Shown here: positions 24,130 to 36,848 of the stretch, in pieces
Layout of the letters: every line of letters begins with the position of its first letter
Numbering within the stretch: position 1 is the first letter of the stretch
DNA from: Atractiella rhizophila
Lineage: Eukaryota
Length of the DNA stretch: 49,544 nt
Reading direction: 5' to 3'
NCBI GenBank assembly: GCA_021432655.1
Contig: MU271245.1
Span: forward strand, 76,211-125,754
Notes under the pieces: model-generated
Databases searched by the model: none
What the model was told of the DNA's origin: nothing
Seen by the model: only the letters and a program-made list of their open reading frames with translations
Translations under genes and position numbers: made by a program

Positions 24130-24941
24130 CTAGTCTATGGGACCTAGAAAGTCCTCTTTTATGGTCCCAATCTGCCCAAATTGTTCAGTCTGATCATGAA
24201 CGCTCGAGGAGCGACTTTAAACGTACACAGAACTAGAGGTTCCGTACGAATAAGCATTCCAGCAGATCGCAGAAGGAGGAAGGGAACGTACTATCTCAGT
24301 GGCATCAATACGAACTCCTACGATCTTTAGGCGGACTTTGGTGTTGACAGCAATGGTCTGGGTCTATTGAGATCCAGCCAAATCAAAGTGCATCAACGAA
24401 TCTGTAAGATAAAAAGGAGGAGATAAACATACCACATCCTCTTCTGAAGAGTAGCACGGTGGGTTGGAGTTAGGGTCAAATTTGAGGTCGGGAGGTATAA
24501 GCTGGGATGGACAGGTCTTGAACTGACTACAACGGAGGCAAGGACGGAGGACAGACGTGTGAGGTTACAAACACTTCCGTTGGGCCAGCACGAGCTTGAA
24601 AGCCCAACTAATGCTCCTTTATCGACCCTGAAATGAAACCAAAATATATCGAAGCGCACCTTATTGACTTGAAAAACGAGCGCATCGACCACCTCTCCCT
24701 TGAATGGTTTGTAAACAATAGCATTAAATTTTATCGTGAACTCAGCCCCTCCATCCCCAATCTTCACCCTCCCCTTCTGCACTTCCTCAATCTTCAACAC
24801 GCTAATAACGTAGCCATCGCGTCCCGTGCAAGTGCCTTCCTTTTCTTGGTACAAACGAGCCTCCAAATGCGCGTGTAGCGAGGGACCGAAGAAGGACGGG
24901 TGCAGAGAGATGGTGTGCGTGAGCTCCTTGCGGAAAAACAT
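24130..24941 (-). CDS. RPB7: RNA polymerase II subunit RPB7
   Basis: MFFRKELTHTISLHPSFFGP..EGTCTGRDGY..YKPFKGEVVD..VRLKIVGVRIDATEI/FC/IGTIKEDFLGPID*. Confidence 0.95.
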
Positions 24942-25072
24942 ATCTGAGACTAACGGTTTTGGTCGTTTGCAGCGGAACCGACGGTTGAGTCAGAGTGGAC
25001 AAACGCGTTCAAAAACGACGATACGACTTTGTCCACCATTTCCCTTTACAACTCTTACGACAAGAAGTGGAA

Positions 25073-28000
25073 ATGGCAGGTGTCACCATTGCGATCGAAC
25101 CCTTTTTCTCGCGGCTTACGCGTCTATATGAACTGTGGACGAAGGAGGACGTTGAGGAAGGAGAATACGAAGTTCTCAGAAGTTGCGAGAGCTTGGTGGT
25201 GGTGGCGGGTGATAACGACGAGGAGCGTCCGTATCGCAAAGGAACTGCTCTACAGGTCCGCTTTCTCCTATTTCGTGGGAGTATGATGTTGATTTATATG
25301 GATTCGCTTGATGCTGCTCTGAATGTGCAGACTTGGTTAATGGGCTATGAGTTTCCTAGCACTGGTTTGGCGTTTAATAAGCAAACATTGACATTTATCG
25401 GAAGCACGAATAAATGTTCGTCTTCCCGCTCACCTCATCTGTCACAAAAACCAATGAGACACCAGGCAAGTTCTTCCAGCCTCTCATCACCGCGTCAGCG
25501 AAAGACAAGGAACTCAATCCTCTGGGAATCAAACTACAAGTCATTGAGAAGGCGGCAGCAAAGGTCTGACCTTTCTTCACCTTGCTCGTGCTGCATTTGA
25601 CTGGTGATGGACGAAAGGACGACGAGGCGAAGAAGAAAGAGAAGGAGAAGATGGTTTCGTTCCTAGGTCAGCTGAGCGAACCCGTGGGGCACATCTCAAA
25701 GGACAAATATGACGGGAAGATTGTGAAAGAGTACGAGGCGGCATTGAACGAGTCAGGAATGGATAAGGACAAATTTCTTGATGTTGGATCAGCTATAGCT
25801 GCGCTGTTAGCTAAGAAGGATAAGCTGGAACTCGTGCGTCCTCTCATATTTGACTTGGTACTAGTCGGGTGAGATGTGATTCTGTCTGCGTGTAGGGAAA
25901 CGTCCAAAGCGCGTCCGAAATGTCGCTGCACCTGATGTCCTTGTTTCAAAGGGAACTCGTCGCATGCATAGAGGAAGACAAAAAGTTAACACACGAAAAG
26001 CTTGGGGAAATAGTGGAGAAGCGTCTAGATTCTACTGGCGCATGGAAAGGATTTAAGTCGCATACGACTTCTGTCAGTCTTCTTCCCTCTTCTATATGCT
26101 CTCGTGGGGCTAATGATGGAATCGTATCAAAGTTTGATCCTCAATATGGAGACTGGTGCTATTCGCCTATCATCCAATCCGGTGGCGACTATGATCTCAA
26201 AGCAAGTGCGAGCTCGAATGATAAACGCTTGAAGAGTACAGGGGTCATCCTTTGCAACATGGGTATTCGTTATCGCTCGTACTGCTCCAATGTGGGCCGC
26301 ACATTTATCATTGATCCTCACAAGGCAAGTCCTTCATGACAATCCCGTGTGAGGTGCTGAGAGAGCATGACGTAGGAACAAGACGAACGCTATGCCTTCC
26401 TGAAACAGCTTCAGCTCTTCGCAATCTCCCAGCTCAAACATGGCTCAGTGGCGAAAGATGTGCATGCGGCCATCATGGAGAAGCTTCGGGAGGAAAAACC
26501 TGAATTGGAGGAATACGTGTTTGGGAAGAGTTTTGGTCACGTTGTGAGCAGACATCCGTAAATTCTTGGAGGAAGAATTGCTGAATGATGGGATTGTGAA
26601 GATTGGTATCGAGTTTAGGGAGTCGACTTTCAGCTTAAGCTCAAAGTGTACGAAAGTCCTGCAAGAAGGGCAAGTCTGGAGCGTCGGTGTTGGATTCCAG
26701 GGGATGACTGATCCAAACAACAAAAATTTGACGTGTGTTCATTCAACCGTTTCTTCTTGAAACCAGAAGCAAGAAAAATGTGTTGGCGCAGCTATGCGAT
26801 GTCCCTTACAGATACGGTTCTTGTGCAGAAAGACAGCGGAAAGTCTCTCAGCCCTGGCATGAAGGAGAAGGCGGACGTCGTATTTTACCTCAATGTTTGT
26901 CTCTCTCTATCCTTCCTGTGTTCGCATGTTTATCATCATGATCAGGCGGACGACCCGAAGAGCAAACAGAAGAAACCTGCAGCCGTCGCCCGCACAAGGG
27001 GAGGCGGGGACAAAAGTTCCGCCGTTATGGCGACCAAACTCAGGGCGGAAGCTAGGGAGGTTGATCATGAGATGTCGAATAAGAGAAAGATGCATCAGAA
27101 GGAGTTGGCACAGAAGATCCAGGAGGAGGTATGGTCCCCATTTCTGTCCCTGCATTTTGAGGTGCAGAGCTGACTCGCCTTCGCTGCACAGGGTGTGGAG
27201 AGGTATGGGAGTGGACAGGGGACAGGCGCAAAGGAGAAGAAGGAGAAGAAGTGGAAGAGATTTGAAAGCTACGCGAGGGAGAGTTTAATCCCTGATTCGG
27301 TTAAGGACTTACGAGTACGTTACCTTTTCTTGCCGAGAGAAAGGCTCAGTGAGAATAGGTGATCGTGGATCACAAACGCCATTCCATCGTCATTCCCATC
27401 AACGGATTCGCCGTCCCATTCCACATAAATACTCTCAAGTCTGCAATCAAACAAGAAGAAGGGGAATATACCGTCATGCGTCTAATGTTCGTAACACCTG
27501 GGCAAATCACTGGCAAGAAGGAGGATACGGTTTGTTGTCCATTGGTTACGTCAATGCCTGTTGAACTAATCAAATGAGAAATGGGATAGCCTTTTGAGAA
27601 CCCTAACGCTACCTTCCTCAGGGGAATGACATTGCGGAGCACAGACAATTATCGTTTCTCAGAACTCCACAAGGAAATTCAAGAGATGAAGAGAACGGCT
27701 ACGAAGAGGGAAAACGAGAGGAAAGAAATGGAGGATGTTGTCGAGCAAGGTGATCTTATCGAACGAAAAGGTGCGTCGTTATGCTCTTCGCAAGGTATTG
27801 CCCATAATGTTTGCATGTAGATCGCAAACCTGTTCGATTGCAGGACATTCAAGTCCGTCCAGCTTTCGATGCTAAGCGTCAAGCAGGCGACGTCGAGATT
27901 CACAAGAATGGGATTCGTTATCAGTCGTCCATTCGGTCGGATCATAGAATTGACCTACTCTTCTCAAACATCAAGCACCTCTTTTTTCAGCCTTGCGATC

Positions 28001-29114
28001 ATGAACTGATGTCCATCGTTCATGTACACCTAAAGAACCCTATACTGATGGGCAAGAAGAAGACTAGAGACGTGCAGTTCTTCAGAGAGGCCAGTGAGGC
28101 GGCGTTCGACGAGACAGGTAATAGGAAAAGAAGGAGGCAATTTCACGATGAGGATGAGTTGGAGGCGGAACAGGAGGAGAAGAAGCGAAGGGCAGAACTG
28201 AACAAGTATTTTAAGGCTTTCGCTGATAAGGTTGCCGAAGCTGTTCGTCTTTTTCTTGACGGAGAAGTTTTCATGTTGATTGACGAGGATAGAGCGACAA
28301 CCGCTTCGAAGTCGATATCCCCTTCCGTGACCTTGGCTTCACTGGTGTTCCATTCCGTCAGAACTGTTTGCTCCAGCCAACCACCGACTGTCTCGTCCAC
28401 CTGACAGAACCACCATTCCTCGTGATCACGCTGAACGAGATTGAGATTGCACATCTTGAAAGAGTGCAGTATGGGTTGAAGAACTTCGATCTGTGCTTCG
28501 TCTTCAAGGATTACACGAAGCCCGTTGTGCACATCAATACGATACCGATGAACCAACTGGAAAATGTGAAGGAATGGCTTGAGTGGGTTTCCTGCACCAC
28601 TCTCGTTCCACTGTTGGTGCTGATCTAGTTTGGTTTGACCAATAGTTCGGTCGACATCTCATTCACTGAAGGTCAGGTCAACCTCAACTGGCCAACAATC
28701 ATGAAAACGGTCAACGATGGGCCTGCCGAATTCTTTGAAGAAGGAGGTTGGGGTTTCCTCCAGTCCCGTTCTGACGCCTCAGACGCCTCCGAAGAATCTG
28801 AGAGTGCCTCCGAATTCGAGATGGACGAATCCGACTTCCAAATGGAATCCTCAGGCGACTCGTCTGACTATTCGGATGGAGATGCATCCAACGATTCTGG
28901 CAGCGGGAGTGGTAGTGAGTTTGACGACGAGGGAAGTGGGGAGGATTGGGATGAGATGGAAGAGAAGATGGCGAGGAAGGACGCAAAGAAGAAAGCTGCA
29001 CGAGACGATGATAGTGTCGACTCAGACAGTGGGAAGAAGAAGAAGAAGAAGGCCGCACCACCACCACCTAAGAAAGGAGCCAATGCGAAGTCTAAACCGG
29101 CGAAGCGGAAGTAA
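25073..29114 (+). CDS. SPT16: FACT complex subunit SPT16
   Basis: [98 protein letters not shown]; acidic then basic C-terminus. Confidence 0.97.
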
Positions 29115-29279
29115 TTCGAAAGGAAGGATAGGTGTGAAGGTGGGGGGACTTCTGATACACCTTACGTTAATTCCTCGCCCAAGCACGCTTTATACAAAGC
29201 CGTAATCAGGTAATTTCATGTGGTGGAATCGAAGTAATATTCCTCGACAAATAAAGATGCATAGTACAACAACAAACAA

Positions 29280-31218
29280 TTACTCAAAGCTATAAACCTT
29301 CAGAATCTCTCTATCCTCTTCATCTACGGTGATGCAAACAATACGATCCTCATCAAAACCAACTTCCACAATCTTGCCTCTGACCTCCTCGCCTTCTTCC
29401 TGCAAAACCATCCCAGCACCGTCACTGCCCAAATCCCAAACTCGAATCTGCCCATCCTTTCCACCACTGACACACTTCTCCATCTCTGTCGAAGATGACA
29501 ACGAGAGCAATGGGGATGGAAGGTAGGAGACTGACGTGTGAGGGAGGATGCCGGTCGACAGCCCTGGGGAAGACGGAACGAGATATGAACGGACGACGTT
29601 GGATGAATGGGAGGTTAGAATGTGCGGTGGAGAGAAGGTGATGGAAGTTACGCCTGTCGAGAGGGGTGGTGCTAGACGTGAGGTCGAGGTAGGAGCAGGT
29701 GGAGGCATTCTTCTGTCACCATCTTCTGAGTCGCTTGACTCCCGTTTCCGTTTCTTCCCCCTCATCCGCCTCAGACTAGGGCTTCCATCGGTGGATGACG
29801 TGCTGTATACGATCGGAGCAGGTATGGAGACCGAAAAATCAGACGCGTCCCTGTCAATCTTAATTGCACTCCCCTCCTTGTCCAGACGGATCGTGAATGA
29901 CTGAACAGCCACCACACTTGACATTGTTGTGGCGTATGCTGATTCCGGGGAAGGTGGGTAGGAAGGCATAGTGTACGCGAGGGAGAGATCAAAGGACTGT
30001 TCCTGCCGTCTTGTGAGGGAAAGTACGCAAGGCATGTCGAGATATGGTGCTGTGAGGGCGCTTTCTGCATTAGGTGTCACCTTCAAGCATCCATCGCCAC
30101 CTTTATCAACGGTCCAAAAGTTAAGACGTCCAGAGGAGACAAGAGTGACCAGAAGGGGAGAGTGGAACGCCACTTGTGTGATTGGGGCATGGAGCTGCGA
30201 TCTATGGAAGACAACGGTCGACCTAAGACTTGGCGCGGAAGGGTCAAGCTGAACGGAATACAACGTGAAGCTCCCTGTCGAATAGAAAGCACCAAGAAGA
30301 AGGGACCCATCGCTCTTGCTCCCGGCAGTATCGACCTGCAGTGCCGTCATATCCTCTCCTTCCTTCCGTTGTTCCAATGGGATATATCCATAACACTCCA
30401 ACCCTTTCCCGTTCCAAACCCCAATCCTCGATGTTCCATCTTGTCCAACAACGTGCTTCTTTGCGGCAGTGAAAATAACACCTCCTGAATGCTGGAGCAG
30501 GGTGTTTGGACCTGTGGGGTAGGATGACAGGGACACCGAGGATGTCTTCGCTTTAAGAGCGCGCCAACGTATAGAAATCTTGTACAGCGTTTTCCAAGAC
30601 CGGGAAGTCGACTTGCTGACGTTTGGAAGGAGGGAACGGCGCAGGACTGTAAGCGGGAAGTGTTGATGGTAAAGCCGTTTCCAAAGCTTGAACCGACAAT
30701 CAGCTTGCGTTGAGTATGAAATAAGAATAATTGCGCATAGACTTTTAATAGCCTTTGCGCTTGAACGAAGGGTTAGGTCGACACAAAGGAAGCGGCCATT
30801 GGTTGGTCAAATCACAAATGGTACAGGTTTATATGTCATCGCGCTTGCCAATCAGTTGATAATTGCAATGTTGCTCAAGGCGTTTATGCTTCAGGAAACG
30901 TGGAAAGGACTATAGCATTCGGAGAGTGACGTTGCTTCTTTCCACTCGGTATTGATGCCAAATTATGCCGCACAACGCGGCCACTTTGGATCAGCATCAA
31001 TTAGGAGCAACTAACGGCGCTCTTATATATCAAATCCGCCATGCTGCAATAATATCCCTCAATCCCTGAAGCTTTGAAGCACAACTCACCAGCCTATCTT
31101 CAGCCATCGCATTCCAAAATGTATTCAGCCTCCCAACCCGGACCAGATCATCAGCTTCCACATAGCTTAGTACCCTCAGAAGCAGCTCAGATGGCAAAGA
31201 TTGCAACTCCTTCCCCAT
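29280..31218 (-). CDS. F-box protein with degenerate WD40-like beta-propeller C-terminus
   Basis: Exon 1 (31090-31218) encodes the F-box LQSLPSELLLRVLSYVEADDLVRVGRLNTFWNAMAEDRL. A 403-nt intron 30687-31089 (gtgagt..gctgat..aag) joins in frame to LWKRLY and the 418-aa ORF, which ends with a WD-like SGGKDGQIRVWD. Confidence 0.85.
30733..31011 (-). ncRNA. Candidate structured intronic ncRNA (class unknown)
   Basis: Nested inverted repeats in the long F-box intron: 30870-30876/31005-31011, 30900-30907/30938-30945, 30951-31001 and 30733-30760. G-U pairs favour the host (minus) strand. Confidence 0.45.
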
Positions 31219-32006
31219 TCCTCCTTCTACCTTGCAAGACGCAGGTGCAAAGCAAGAAGTGGCAATTGTGGTGGATCTCTGAGCCCTCGGAGGGGCTTGA
31301 AAGTGTGCAAGATCTCCCCAACCACGAAAGAAAATGAAGAAATCTTGGCTCTAATGCAGTATCAGCAGTATATGTGACAGTGATGGAAAGAAGGAATCAG
31401 GTGTGTTGTGCTAGGCGGTAGACATATAGGATACTGGATCTTTGAAGAGTTTCTTCAATTTTCATCACCGATGTGCTTCAAACATCATGAAAAGCTTGAC
31501 AGGTCGATAGAAGTCGAACTGCTGCTGGTACTCGAAGTAAGCCAGGTCTCGGACCATCGTACAGCTTGCTTCGATTCTGACAAGTAGCAGACATTGAAAC
31601 CCTCGAAACCTTTCATAGTCCAAAGTGCAGGAAGTCGTCAGACCTCATTCTAGACTTGTTATTTTGGCTCCAGGTCGTCGAACATTTTCATCAACGCCTG
31701 TTTCTTTGGGGTGCTTTGTCTTGTTGTTATATAGTTGGTCGTGCTTGCAATGTCCAGCTCTGCCAGTGGTCCAACTTGCCCCTACTGCGTGTGTCAACGT
31801 AACCTGCTAAAGTTATCCTTTTTACAATAAAGAACTAGATGCATTGTTGCTCGGTGAAGAACTTGTCCTTCTAAGCGAGAAAGCACATTGCTATCACACA
31901 TGAAGCGATGTTTCTGGAGAAAGTTCCGTGAACACTGTCTATGCCGGTTGTAATATACAGTTGTATGACAGATCTACCGAGTCGCCTCCTCATTCTATGT
32001 CCAATT

Positions 32007-33148
32007 CTAAAGGTCCTCCTTTGTCACCAATCCCATTTCTTTCAACCTCTCGACAGCAATTAGAAAAGTCTGCGCTGTTTCTCTCATATTATCCTCCGTT
32101 ATAACTAGGAGACAACATGAAGGAAAACAAACCAGAAGGACCCATGACCTGGCCATTGCGAAGATACTGTTTAAACTGCTCAAAAGTTACATTATGAATG
32201 GGCTCAATCAGCTCCTATACGCACTTTTCATATACGACGGTCAAAAAGACATGGAGAACGACTAACCTCGTCATCTTGAGGTAGGGGACTGGACGATGGA
32301 AGTGGATCCTGAACCGCCGCCATGAAATTGGACGAATAACATGCAAAAATGTATGGACGAACGATGACGAGATAGGGTATAAATCTATTCTGCGATGCGA
32401 TCCTGGTGATCAATTGTTGAAAAAATGGGAGATGAGTGGACGAACGGTGGACCATTTCAGCTCCGGAAGCCATCCATCCTGCTCATCCACGAGAGGTATC
32501 CACGTGCCTCCTTCCAGCCTTATCCCAAGTGAGTGCATCGAATCAAATGCTAGACGATACTTCACCTCGCTTCTTCGTTAAGCTCGTTCCGCGCGCCGTG
32601 TTCTGCTGATGTGTGTTTCTTCCAGTCTACGGAACCGGATGGAAAGGAGATGTGGAATGTATTCGTTCCTTCATCGCGTCGACATGAAAAACTGGAACCT
32701 TTGAAAAGATAGAGAGCAATACCTTGAGCATACTCTCGTATCATGGTCACGGTTTTCTGTGGCCGGATGAGTGACAACTGCCTTGGGAAGGAGACAAAGC
32801 TTACACTAGCACTGTGGAATGGGAAGACGACTGTTCCATTATTCAGTCCGTCTCTAGAAAGGGACAAATGGAAACGTTCCTGTAAAATTCGGAGCTGGAG
32901 AGTCATGGCCTTCACGCCCACGACATCATCAGCGAAACGGCGAAACAATGCAAGGATGCAAAGAAAAGGATGTGTGATGACAAACCGACAACATCCCAGT
33001 CGATGATCCGACCATCAGGAAATTGAACTTTGCGATCTTTTACCGATACATATCTAATGAGAGACGTCAAGGGAATGAATTTAGCTTTGCCGGTGTTGAA
33101 GAAAGAATACCTTTTGTATGCCTGTTTTGCTGTAGTCAAGCTAGACAT
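32007..33148 (-). CDS. NUDIX hydrolase
   Basis: DRKVQFPDGRIIDWDVVG..VFPFHS..VTMIREYAQG..FPSGSVDWKKHTSAEHGARNELNEE (Nudix box)..LPELKWS..PLPQDDE/ELIE..AVERLKEMGLVTKEDL* (TAG at 32007). Confidence 0.82.
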
Positions 33149-33267
33149 TCGAGGGAGGAGGAAGTGTGAAACTTGCTGTATTTTCGGAAACGATGGGAAA
33201 TTGTAGGCTTTCCATTATGTGCCAATGAGTAATATCGTGCTGCCTGAGAGTTCCGCGAAAGATAGCG

Positions 33268-33276
33268 GTCACGTGA
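33268..33276. promoter_or_regulatory. E-box / Cbf1-type motif in the divergent NUDIX/SYF1 promoter
   Basis: GTCACGTGA in the 196-nt gap between the two start codons. Confidence 0.4.
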
Positions 33277-33344
33277 TACGGTTGACTACAGCCGTAGTCT
33301 GAGGACTAACTGAAGAAACACGAAAAAGCAAGACGCGGTTCAGC

Positions 33345-36300
33345 ATGGCACTGGCAGCATCCGTCCCCACCCACCTCCATACGAGCCTCCTCCAAGCGCT
33401 CAAGGCACCCACGCTGCCCGTCTACCGCTCCCTCCTCCTCTCCCTCGCCTCCACGCCCTCCCTTCCACATGCCGTCGTCTACGACATCTACGAGCGAGCA
33501 GTCCGCGACTTTCCCACAGACTTCGGGCTCTGGTACGAGTATCTGAAGCTGAGAAGCGGCCATGTGATGGGGAAGAGCAAGAGGGATTGGGTGGAGGGAC
33601 GCCCTAGGAAGAGGTTTAGGACTGAGGAGGAGGAGGAGAGCGTTGGAGTCGTTGCGTATTTGGAGAAGACGGAAGGGAGGTATTTTAAGGGTGCGACTCA
33701 GGATGATGACGAGGAGGAGGAGGAGGAGGAGGACGAGCTGGAGCTGGAGGAGGCGGAAATGGACTTTGCGGAGGGACCTTGGGAGGGAGGGAAAGATCCG
33801 GTGAAGGGATGGAGGGAGTGGAGAGAGCTTGTGGGGTGCTTTGAACGTGCTTTGGCTTACCTACCAAAGATGCCGAGGATATGGCTCATGTTGTTTACCG
33901 TCTTCCTGCACCAAAAATGCCCAGCATCGTACGTCCTCCCTTCCATCTCTCTCTCTGGTCAAGCTGGATAGGGTAAATTGTTGATGCTTGTGTTTGCTGG
34001 TGAAAGGCTCCAACACACCCACGCCCGTCGAACCTTCGACCGCGCACTCCGCTCCCTCCCTACGTCCCTCCACACCAGAATCTGGCGTCCATATCTACGG
34101 TGGTCCACCCGTCGGGGCGGTCTGACGGCCCAACGGGTGTGGAAGCGAGCCTTAACCATCTATCCCTCCCTCGAACCACTATACATCAAACTCCTCCTCT
34201 CTCCCCTCAACCCAGCCCCACAACCTCTCGTAGCACTCAAGAGTGGACTGCGACTCGCCATCCTCGCTCAGAAGGGAAAGTATAAGGATACAAGGGGACG
34301 GAGCACGTATCAACTTGTAGAGGACTGGATGGAGGGTGTGGAAGAGTGGGGTGAACAGGTTGGAGTTGAGGATGAGGAGATTGGTGAAGGTGAAGGCGAA
34401 GGAGGGGGGGAGGGAATGGAGGTGGCGGAGGATGGGGACACGCTCCCTCCGTATGCTGATCCCAGTAATCCGGACAAGATACCTGTCCGCCAAGTGGTGC
34501 TCAAACACGGCGTGAAACCGTTTCCGGATCAAGCAGGCCCACTCTTCGCTTCCCTAGCCCTCTACTACATCAAACGTTCATCGATCGATGCGGCGCAACG
34601 CACTTTCGAGGAAGGTCTGCAGAAGGTATTGACGGTCAGAGACTTTACCAAGGTGTTCGACGCTTATGTCGCCTTCCTTGAAATGCTCGTTTCGTCGTTG
34701 GTTGAAGCGGAGGAGGAGGATGGAGAGGATGGAGGTGAGGAGACGGATGGACGGATGAGGGAGTTTGAGGAACTCATGGATCGCAGACCTTTTCTTGTCA
34801 ATGAGGTACTGTTGAGGAGGAATAGGGATGATGTGCAGGAGTGGGAGAAGAGGGTTGTGTTGTATGGAGAAGACGATGCCATGGTTTGTCTCCTCTCCTT
34901 CTACATCTTCGACGTGTCGTGTGTCTAAGACTATGGACATCAGGTAGCGAAAACATACACAGAAGCCCTCTCCACTATTGACCCGCGAAAAGCGACAGCC
35001 GGGCTACATCGATTGTACATAAACTTTGCCAAATTCTACGAGACAGGCGGTTCGAGCTCCAAAGGCGACGTCTCCTCCGCCAGACAGGTATTCGAAAAAG
35101 CGACGACGGTGCAGTTTAGAAAGGTGGATGAGTTAGCGGAGGTGTGGATCGAGAGAGCGGAGATGGAATTGAGACTTGGGAATTTCGAGGAGGCTAGAAA
35201 GGTGATGGAGAGGGCTACCGCGGTCCCGAAGAGCGCGAAGGGAGTGGGTTACTTTAATGAGGTTCGTTTCTGTTTCTTTCGGGGAGTGGAAGAATGGGAG
35301 GAGTACTAATGTGAGGCAATTGTGCGATAGAACTTGCCGGTTCAGCAGCGCTTGTTCAAGTCTTTGAAACTCTGGAGCTTCTATGTCGATCTGGAGGAGA
35401 GCATTGGGACGGTCGAGAGCACCAAGAGAGTGTACGACCTCATGTTTCAGCTCAAGATTGCGAATCCGCAAACGGTCGTCAATTATGCTAATTTCTTGGA
35501 GGAGAACGAATACTTTGAGGAGTCCTTCAAAGTCCGTATCCTCACTCTTTCGGCACATCAGTTCACATGTGCTCATTTTGTCTCACCTGTGCTGTCTCAA
35601 CTGTGTCTGTTGATGGTAGGTGTACGAGCGAGGTGTTGAGTCCTTCACGTTCCCGGTCGTGTTCGAAATCTGGAACATCTACCTCTCCAAATTCGTCAAG
35701 CGTTACGGAGGGGACAAACTAGAACGAACCCGCGACCTTTTCGAGCAAGCGCTTGAGAAGTGTCCCCCAAAGTTTTGCAAGCCGATCTTCCTCATGTATG
35801 GCAAGTTGGAAGAGGAACATGGCCTCGCCAAGCGTGCGATGAGGATATACGAGAGGGCGACTGAGATGGTGGAGAGCGAGGATAAGTTCGAGGTGCGTAT
35901 TCAGTTCTTGTCACTTCGGAGCACCAAATTGCTGACACGTTTGCGGTAGATGTACACTTTCTACGTCGCCAAAGCCACTGCCAATTTCGGTCTCCCAGCT
36001 GCTCGAAAGATCTACGAAAAGGCAATCGAGTCCCTGCCAGATCGTGAAACGGCAGAGATGTGCCTCCGGTTTTCCGCTATGGAGAAGAAGCTGGGCGAGA
36101 TCGATCGTGCAAGGCGTATATTTGGGTATGGAGCACAATTCTGTGATCCAAGGACGATGGCCAAGTATTGGAAAGAATGGAATGACTTTGAAGTCGATCA
36201 TGGGAGTGAAGATACATTCAGGGAGATGTTGAGAAGTACGACAATCCTGTCCCTCGTCTGGTATCACACGGACCTGACTCGGGTGAACAGTCAAAAGAAG

Positions 36301-36668
36301 CGTCCAAGCTAGCTTTAATACCGAAAGTTCGTATATCGCTGCAAGAGTCGAAAATGTAGGTTATGCCTCTCTACCAACGTCCTGTGACGGTCCTCTCACT
36401 CTACTATTGCGATCACAGGCGCGTGCAGGCAAAGCACCTCCGCCATCAGTGTCGGAAGCGCGGGATCCAATGGCCTCGCTGGAAACTGGACGGAAGGGGG
36501 CTTTTGTTCCGTAAGTATTCATCAAACCTCCTATTATGTCTGTGGATGGAATTGATGTCTTCCGTATGCAGGGCTTCGACGAATAAGGCTCGGGAGGATG
36601 GTCCCGAGAACGCTGCTGTTCTCAAAAACAAGGACGAGATCGAAATTGACGACGCAGAGGAGTTCTAA
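33345..36668 (+). CDS. SYF1: Pre-mRNA splicing factor SYF1/XAB2 (HAT repeats)
   Basis: FERALAYLPKMPRIW, THARRTFDRALRSLP, LMDRRPFLVNEVLLRRN, LFKSLKLWSFYVDLEESIGT, KRYGGDKLERTRDLFEQAL, FEVDHGSEDTFREMLR, NKDEIEID. Confidence 0.95.
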
Positions 36669-36848
36669 AATGTTATACTCTCACGTTTGTCGGAACATTG
36701 TATCATTCTTCCAGACCAAACAAATCCCGGCTCATCTTCCCACCTGCAGAAGCTAAATTAAGAGGCATGGCAATTTTGTTCCCATTAAAGGCATGAAGCG
36801 ATAAATTACAACGAAATATGAATGTGCCATGTGAGATTAGACAGGGAA

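Noticed and set aside
30771..30796. GGTTAGG..GGAAGCGGCC resembling SRP RNA helix 8 on the plus strand
   Set aside because: No GNRA-capped stem, and the G-U pairing of neighbouring hairpins favours the opposite strand.
31395..31695. Two TGATGA...CTGA pairs on the minus strand suggesting box C/D snoRNAs
   Set aside because: Weak terminal stems and no recognisable rRNA or snRNA complementarity upstream of the D boxes.
32228..32473. Apparent separate small gene starting MAAVQDPLP
   Set aside because: These are downstream exons of the NUDIX gene. The ATG lies within an intron.
33700..33755. (GAG)n run in SYF1, and similar (AAG)n run at 29034-29051 in SPT16
   Set aside because: Ordinary coding low-complexity poly-Glu and poly-Lys tracts.
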